The notes below the pieces were generated by a model. The model was not told the origin of the DNA. It was given only the letters and a program-made list of their open reading frames with translations, and did not search any database. A stretch of DNA of 64,000 nucleotides, from assembly GCF_009914755.1 (NCBI RefSeq), contig NC_060929.1; one strand, 5' to 3'. Source of the DNA: the human T2T-CHM13v2.0 reference genome, Homo sapiens. Both the position numbers and the translations under genes were made by a program. Shown one piece after another: positions 55,382-64,000 of this stretch (positions are counted from its first letter, which is position 1; each line of letters begins with the position of its first letter).

Positions 55382-55682
55382 GGCTGGGCATAGTGGTTCA
55401 CGCCTGTAATCCCAGCACTTTGGGAGACCGAGGCAGGGAGGATCAGTTAAGGCCAGGAGTTTGAGACCAGCCTGGCCAACATGGTGAAATCCTGTCTCTA
55501 CTAAAAATACAAAAATTAGCCAGGCATGGTGGTGCACGCCTGTAATCCCAGCTACTCCACGGGTTGAGGCACAAGAATTTGAACCAGAAAGCAGAAGTTG
55601 CAATGAGCCGAGATCACGCCACCACACTCTAGCCTGGGCAACAGAGCGAGATTCTGTCTTAAAAAAAAAAAAAAAAAAAAAA
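55382..55682 (+). mobile_element. Alu
   Basis: Alu dimer with A-tail. Confidence 0.9.
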
Positions 55683-56329
55683 GGTATCATATAAACAATT
55701 AGGAGAAGTGAAACTATAATGGTGCTATCTATGAACCAATCATTCTGTGCTAGGTACAACACATTGCTTAAGCTTGTCCTGCAGATTTAGGGTAGCTAAA
55801 AGTGAATATGTTTTATTTAGACAATTAGAGATAGCTGAACAAAATCTACAGATTATAGTAGTGTATCTATGTTTATTTATTTAAAAAATTATAATGGTAT
55901 AACAGAGTGTCCTTGTATTTGGGAATTAAACACTGAAGTATTTAGGGATAATGAAGTATCATATCTGCAACTTACTCTTAAATGGCAGAAAGTGTGTGTG
56001 TGTGTGTAGAGAGAGAGAGAGACAGACAGACATTGCTTTGTAATAGGATGATAATAGAGATGGGAAGAAATGCACAGATTAAATGTGTTTTAGAGCTAAA
56101 GTCAAAAGATTAGCTGATGGTTTAAATATATGGCTAAATGAAAAAGAATCATGGGAAACAGATTTTGGACTGGAGTAACTGAGTGATAATGGTATCATCA
56201 AATGAGATAGAGAAGACTGGGGTAATCAACATGTCTGGAGGAGAGGGGTGACAAAATAGGGTACCAAGAATTCTGTTTTGTTCATGCTGTATTTAAAGTA
56301 CCACATCAAGATATCAAATATTCAGTTCT

Positions 56330-56476
56330 GTGTATATATATATATATATAGAAATATATATGCATGCATATACATATATATACACACATACCTATACACA
56401 TATATGTATATACGTACACACACGCACACATATATGTGTATAGGTATGTGTGCATATATATACGAGAGAGAGAGAG
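56330..56476. repeat. Compound (TA)/(CA)/(TG)/(GA) microsatellite
   Basis: Direct inspection. Confidence 0.9.
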
Positions 56477-56781
56477 CATGGCTATATTATGAAAGAGTCA
56501 GGGATAAAAACAAAGATTTTAAATAAATGGTAACATTATTCAAAGTGACTTTGATTTTTTTAAAAAACAGGCATTCAAGTGTACCTTAGAAATACCTACT
56601 GTTTGCCTGATTTCAGAAGGGCAGCAAATAAAATGAGCCATCATTTTCCTATATATAGGCTTTACTAAAGCTAGAATAGCTCCATGAGATCTTTTCAAAT
56701 CCCTTTGATTGTACTGTAAACTTCTAACAGATCTGGAACACAAAAATGACCATTGGTTCTTCTATAAACATCTGTTTTCAG

Positions 56782-57078
56782 AGCCGGGTGTGGCGGTGCC
56801 TGCCTGTAATCCCAGGACTTTGGGAGGCGATGGAGGAGGGTCACTTGAGGCTGGGAGTTCGAGACTAGCCTGGGCAACTCAGCAAAACCCTGTCTCTACA
56901 AAAACTAAAAAATAAGCTGGGCGCGGTGGCTCACACCTGTTGTACCAGCTACTCAGGAGGCTGAGGCAGGAGGATTGCTTGAGCCTAGGAGGTCGAGGCT
57001 GCAATAAGCCAAGATTGTGCCACCATACTCCAGCCTGGGTGATAGAGTGAGACCCTGTCTCATAAAAGAAAAAGAAGA
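56782..57078 (+). mobile_element. AluJ-like
   Basis: Diverged Alu dimer flanked by tctgtttt on both sides. Confidence 0.85.
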
Positions 57079-57924
57079 ACGTCTGTTTTTAGTTTACTGT
57101 TTGTGGGGGTGGGAGTTGGTGGACAAAGGAATGGAGAACAAATAGGGGAAAATCAAGTAATTCTCAAAACAAAAGTAAATCATTGAAATAGTATATGTAT
57201 GAGTTAACAGAAATGAGTCAGAATTCTAAAATAAATATCCTTTGAATTTCATTATACCAACCTAGAAATTCCTGCAAATATGAATATGATATAGCCTTGC
57301 CACTGACGTACCCCTTTCAATAGTCTGAAATAGAGCAGCATTATGTTGAATTCCATGCTGTAGCAAATGGTACTATAGCAAAGCCCTGGTGTTATTTCTG
57401 AAATTATAACTTTGCAATTTGTAAAGTCCTTTTACCAACACTATTTAATTTTGTACTTCCCTACAGCCTTAAAATATAAATAAGATATGTATTATCATCT
57501 GTATCTGATAGATGAAGAAAATGACAGCCTCTGAAAAATGAAATGGCTTGCCTAAAGTAACATGGCAATTTTAAGTGAAAAGACTATATTTAGAAGCCAG
57601 ATCTTCTAATTCCTGGCCAACTGCTCTTTCTGTGACATCATAAAGCCTCTTTCATCCTTCCCACATTGTTGAGTGTAGTTATTTACTAGCAGTTTCCCAA
57701 ATTTTATGAGGTACAAAATCAAAATAACGTAGAGTAAAAAGAATGACTGACATGACATTACATCAGAAATAGCTAAGATTAAAGTTTATATTTCCTGAGT
57801 CACTATTTCTTAACTAATCCATTAAATATTCACGGACGACTCAGCTATAGATGTTTACCATTGTTTTTTTTTGGCAATAACTATGTAATACCTTGAGCTA
57901 AAACTATGGGGAAAATATACCTGG

Positions 57925-58524
<600 letters not shown>

Positions 58525-59159
58525 TTATAATTCCATTTCCCACTAATTTTACTATATTTTTCCAAGTTTCCAAAGAGATAATGGTTATATTATACAAGCA
58601 ACATAAATGTTTTTAAAACCTTTTTGCAGGAGGAAGTTTAAAAATCACAAAATTGCTAAAGCAGATGTGGCAATTACCAAAAAAACAAAAAAAAAAAGAG
58701 GAAGTTTAAAGAAAAACTAAATATAGAAATAATGTTAGACTATTAGATGTTAGAATGCATGAGTGGAGTTATTGTGGCAGCCACATATGGGAAATCTTAG
58801 ATTTTACATTTTGGGACATGTTCTGCACAATACCTCTATTCACTGAAAATGCCATTATATGAGCGTATGATGGATGATTGATTTTGTTTATTTTAGGAGA
58901 GATGTGAGTGTAGTTTAACAAAAGCCCAGAGAATAGTAAGTTGAAATGTTTCTCTTCTAGATATCATGTTTCTCTTCTAAAATACTCTTTTTTGTTAAAA
59001 AAATCATTTATTCTTATATTCATATAATAGCTTTTGAATACAAGCTCCAAAATTAAAATTAAATACGGTAACAAGTCAGCTGACCACAGTTAATTTTGCC
59101 CCAAGTCATATAATTACAGTCTCAATTGACTCGTTATTTACCCTTAGAAAGTCACTCCA

Positions 59160-59322
59160 AGCTGGCTGTGGTGATTCGTGACTGTAGTCCCAAGTACTTG
59201 GAAGTCTGAGGCAGAAGGATCATGTGAGTCCAGAAGTTGGAAGCTGCGGTGAGCTGTGATTGTGGCACTGTACGCCAGCATGCACGACAGAACAAGACTC
59301 TGTCTCTTAAAAAAAAAAAAAA
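59160..59322 (+). mobile_element. FRAM / Alu right monomer
   Basis: Single diverged monomer with A-tail; flanking aaagt.actcc. Confidence 0.75.
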
Positions 59323-59667
59323 GTTACTCCTATACTAAAAACACACACAGTGACCCACAACTATTACATAAAACAGACTAATAATTGAAGATTGAAAAGA
59401 TTCATACTCCGCTATACATATATTCAGTTAAACCAGAATTATTCTAAAACAGTATAATCCATAATGTGGAAGATCAGTAGTGTATATAATCCAGAATAGT
59501 CCATAACCCCGAAAGAGAAATTAAGGACATGCATTTTGGTAAGATATGAATATTTGACATCCTGATAGTTCATACCTCCTTAAAAAGATGAAGGTATATT
59601 ATGAATACTAAAGATCTGACTAGATAAGAGCTAAGTTTTACATTCTGGCTCCTAACTACAATGTTTA

Positions 59668-59973
59668 TTTTCTTTCTTCTTTTTTTTTTTTTTTTGAAGG
59701 AGCCTTGCTCTGTCACCCAGGCTGGAGTACAGTGGTGTGATCGGCTCACTGCAACCTCCACCTCCCGGGTTCAAGTGCTTCTCCCGCCTCAGCCTCCTGA
59801 GTAGCTGGGATTACAGGCCCCACCACCATGCCCGGCTAATTTTTGTATTTTTAGTAGAGACAGGAATTTCATCATGTTGGCCAGGCTGGTATCAAACTCC
59901 TAACCTCAGATGAACCACCTGCCTGGGCCTCCCAAAGTGCTGCGATCACAGGCATGAGCCACCGTGCCAGCCA
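59668..59973 (-). mobile_element. Alu
   Basis: Reverse Alu dimer. Confidence 0.9.
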
Positions 59974-61570
59974 TCCTAATTACAATATTTTCAAATAAAA
60001 AATTATGATAAATAATCTTAAATAGTCTGAAATCAGCTCTGCTATAGATAATTCATAAAGGCTGTCCAGCCCATTTCTGGCTCCTAGTCCAGTTTCCTGT
60101 CCCCATACTCCAAAGTCCTCTTCCCAAGACAGAAGTTCTTGATTCCCTGCCTGGCTTCAAGCTTTGGAAACAGTGCTGCCTTTCCTCAGGTAGGACAGCC
60201 AAAAAGTTATTTTTTTATTATGCTTTTTTGTATTTTCTAAATGTTCTATAATAAACTATTTTAAAACTCAGTTTTTAAGAAGCAATAAAAATATTGTAAG
60301 GGATTTACATTCAATTTGCAAGTGATTCAGTAATAAGTGATATGTGATCTTGCCATTTGTTGCATCCTTGTTCTGATTTCCCATAACAATTACCATATTC
60401 ATAACCTAGGCCTTCCTGGTTGGAAATTGTCTTGTTCCCTCTGCCACCACAGAGGACTTAGAGCCCTTCACTGAGCCCTGCCTCCTGCCACTCTCATCTG
60501 TGGAACTGGGACCCTGTTAACTAACGGCTTACTTCTCCCATATTGCATGCCATAACAACACTCATGCTCAGGTTATCCTGTTACACCTGTGTGAACCTTC
60601 CTGCTAGGAACCGCTTTTCTGGCTCACCACTACTACCTGTTGCTGTTTTCCCTAGAGACCAAGTTCTGTAAGTCTTGAGGAGGTTGCAAACTGATGGTGC
60701 ATAGGGCAAATTTAGCCCGCTAACATATTTGGTTTGGCACATTCAATGTTTGAAATGTTTACATTTGAATGTCCTTAGGCCAGACATATGTTCCCCAGTT
60801 TGCCATAGCCTCCAGTACTCCCTACTGTATATCTGCCCCTTTACTGGTTTACTTACTTGCTTGGAACATGAAGTCATTTGAGTTAGATCCTTAGGGAGAG
60901 AGTCCCTCCACTATCCCTACAGAACTTACCATCTCAGCTGGGCTCTGCTTATCTAGTAACTCAACAGAATGTCTAATTCTAAGTCTCAATTTTGCCTAGT
61001 CTTTCTGGCTCCGTTGATGTCAGCAAGTCCATTGTGTGAAATAACAATACTGCCTCAGTTGCAAGAAATTGAGCTAGGAAGATGATAAGATATTGGATGC
61101 TACTCTAGACTTACTGACTTGTTTACTACATCCCTCCAAATTATAGCTGTTCTCTGAAGAAATCTAAAAAAAAAGAAAGAAACTCACCAGAAGAGGGAAG
61201 CAAAGAACAGCCCAGATTTGCAGAAACATACAAATCTGATGGCTACTGAAGTAAGCATTACTGCACTTATTGATGACTTTAAGCAACTATCACAAGGATG
61301 GATGTTCATTGCCCAACCTTTCCATATGTAGTAGGTCCAGAAAATGCGCCCAGCCCCAGGCCCACATTCACTAAAGGATTGAATAAAGGATTCAATCCTT
61401 TATTCTCTACTGCATATTGAGAATTTGTTGAGTTTGAGAAAACATAGCATATCAGTTAGGGGAAAAGTTGGAGGAGGAAAGAGTCCAGATAGGGAGAACG
61501 TTGAAGGAGAAGTAAGAATAGAATAAGAAACAACCAAGCAAGCATGCGTGTAAGTAAAGAGGAAGGGAGG

Positions 61571-61888
61571 GGCCAGGCATGGTGGCTCACAACTATAATC
61601 CCAGCACTTTGGGAGGTCTAGTGGGAGGATTGCTTGGAGCCAGGAATTCGAGACCAGCCAGGGCAACAAAGCAAGACTGTAACTCTACAAAAAGAATTTT
61701 TTTAATTAGCCAGGCATGGTGGAGCACACGTGTGGTCCCATCTACTCAGGAGGCTGAGGAAGGATGATTCCTTGAGCTCCTGAGTTCCCAGGAGTTCAAG
61801 GTTACAGTGAGCTATGATCATACCACTGCACTCCAGGCTGGGTCACAAAGTAAGACCCCATCTCTGGGAAAAAAAAAAAAAAAAAAAG
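61571..61888 (+). mobile_element. AluJ-like
   Basis: Alu dimer; TSD aaagaggaagggagg. Confidence 0.88.
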
Positions 61889-62215
61889 AGGAAGGGAGGA
61901 GGAAAGGCAGGGGAGCAGGAAAGCAAGTTAACAATTTATTGAGCATGTACACATGTGTACTTGATCCTTTTATAGATATCATTTCATTTAATGCTCACAC
62001 CTTACTAAAGGTCACAGGGGCTCAAAGCAACAAAGTTGGAACGTATGTGAAGCCAAATATGTGACTCACAAGTCCATGCTCTTTTGATAACACCACAACT
62101 CTCTCAAAGGTGATTTATTTTAATCTGTGCAGCAAACTTTTACATAAGAGGTAACTCAACAGTACTTCACATGAGGAATAGATAAATTTAACTTTGAAAA
62201 CAATCCTGTGAGGTA

Positions 62216-62519
62216 CAGTTGGCCCTCCTTATCTATAAGTTTCACATCCACAGAGTCAACCAAACATAGATCAAAAATAGTTTTTAAAATGAAAAATAAT
62301 ACAAATGTTAAAATATATATATAGAACAACTATTTACATAGCATTTACATTGTATTATGGATTATAAGTAACCTAGAGATGATTTAAAGTATACAGGAAG
62401 ATGTGCATAGGTTATATGCAAATACTATGCCATTTTATATGAGGGACTTAAGCATCAGTGGCTTTTGGCATCTAAAGGAGTCCTGGAACCAATCCTTCCC
62501 CTGATATGAGGGAAGACTG
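62216..62519. mobile_element. MER2 (TcMar-Tigger MITE)
   Basis: TIRs cagttggccctcc / gagggaagactg flanked by TA. Confidence 0.8.
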
Positions 62520-63359
62520 TATTGTGTTTTCCATTTTCACAGATGAGGAAACTAAAGGTCACAAAAGTAAAACATCATGCTGACAGCCAAGGGCTCTTGC
62601 AAACATCTGCAGTATCACTGGGTGTGTATGCCACAGGCAGAAGGGTTACCCCATTCTCTGGGCATCTTGCAAAGAGGTGAGCTAAGTAGGGCCAGGGTGC
62701 AGCTGGATGCATAACAGGGCTGTGCTTAAAGAGAGGAATCCACCCCTGTTCCTCTCCCCTTTATAGGGCAAGATGAAAGTGGAATTATGAACAAGGGACA
62801 TAAAGTCTGGTCTGGGACACTAAATGGTCTGAATTTGGGTGCCAGTCATCTGGCAACACTGCTTATTAGTTCCTATGGAAAGTTGATTTTGGTCACAGCT
62901 CTGCCCACTGGGAGAAAAGGAGCAACAGTTACCAAGACAAGTTGTTTCAGACATAGCCACTTTCACTGGCAAAAGGAGAGGAGGCCCCAGCTTCAGCTAG
63001 TTCATCCAAACAACCTAGAGAGAACTTCTAGTGTCAAGAAGTCTTTAATCATTCATCAAAAATAGTGACAGAGCCAGGACTTGAATCCAGGTTTCGTTAT
63101 CTCAGAATCCAGGTAGGAGCTATAAAGCTATTCCTTCATAAGTGAGGGACAACAGCCAAATCCAATAGCTATAGCAAATTTGAGGTTGTTTCACATGACT
63201 TTAGATTTCAGTTGTTCAAATGGCAGGTGAGTGTCAAACAAGGAAATGGTTCCAAGAGAATGATTCAATCATAACACCCCAGACACGGCTAGGGACATGA
63301 AAAGGAAGAACTGGGAGGAAAAGGGTACCTCAGAGATTAACAAAGGAATCACTCAATTG

Positions 63360-64000
63360 TCTTATTTATTTATTTGCTTACTTTATTTTTACTTTAAGTT
63401 CTGGGATACATGAGCTAAACGTGCAAGTTTGTTACATAGGTATACATGTGCCATGGTGGTTTGCGGCACCTATCAACCTGTCATCTAGGTTTTAAGCCCC
63501 CCATACATTAGGTATTTTTCCTAATGGTCTCCCTCCCCTTTCCCCTCACCCCCTGACAGGCCCCGGTGTGTGATATTCCCCTCCCTGTGTCCATGTGTTC
63601 TCATTGTTCAACTCCCACTTATGAGTGAGAACATGTGGTGTTTGGTTTTCTGTTCCTGTGTTAGTCTGCTGAGGATGATGGTTTCCAGCTTCATCCATGT
63701 CCCTGCAAAGGACATGAACTCATTCTTTTTTATGGCTGCATAGTATTCCATGGTGTATATGTGCCCCATTTTCTTTATCCAGTCTATCATTGATGGGCAT
63801 TTGGGTTGGTTCTAAGTCTTTGCTATTGTGAACAGTGCTACAATAAACATATGTGTGCATGTGTCTTTATAGTAGAATGATTTATAATCCTTTGGGTATA
63901 TACTCAGTAATGGTATTGCTGAGTCAAATGGTATTTCTGGTTCTAGATCTTTGAGGAATTGCCACACTGTCTTCCACAATGGTTGAACTAATTTACACTC
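63360..64000 (-). mobile_element. L1PA 3' end (continues past the window)
   Basis: Reverse L1 3' UTR and ORF2 C-terminus ([22 protein letters not shown]). Confidence 0.92.

Overview
Primate genomic DNA, very likely human (it carries an AluYb8 and two SVA elements), dominated by retroelements. The only functional coding exon I can support is exon 1 of DTWD2 (minus strand, ATG at 27578, splice donor at 27360) in a CpG-island promoter. Positions 1-27360 are DTWD2 intron 1 and 27.6-64 kb is upstream sequence. The window is a dense record of LINE-1-mediated (TPRT) insertions, most with readable target-site duplications (TSDs). (1) An ORF-intact prothymosin-alpha retrocopy carrying a miR-1244 hairpin, nested in a chimeric 5'-inverted L1. 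(2) A 10.5-kb MER41-family ERV with the structure of a retrotransposed mRNA (R-U5-internal-U3-R-polyA, 16-bp TSD at a TT/AAAA site) rather than a provirus, itself hosting L1, Alu, AluYb8 and SVA insertions. (3) A NANP processed pseudogene with a CATSPER2 retrocopy in or beside it, the latter recording a large exon-skipped isoform. (4) A 3'-truncated U6 retrocopy. I found no new protein-coding system; the notable biology is retrotransposition structure. Gene and repeat-family names come from my recall of reference sequences, not from a database search.
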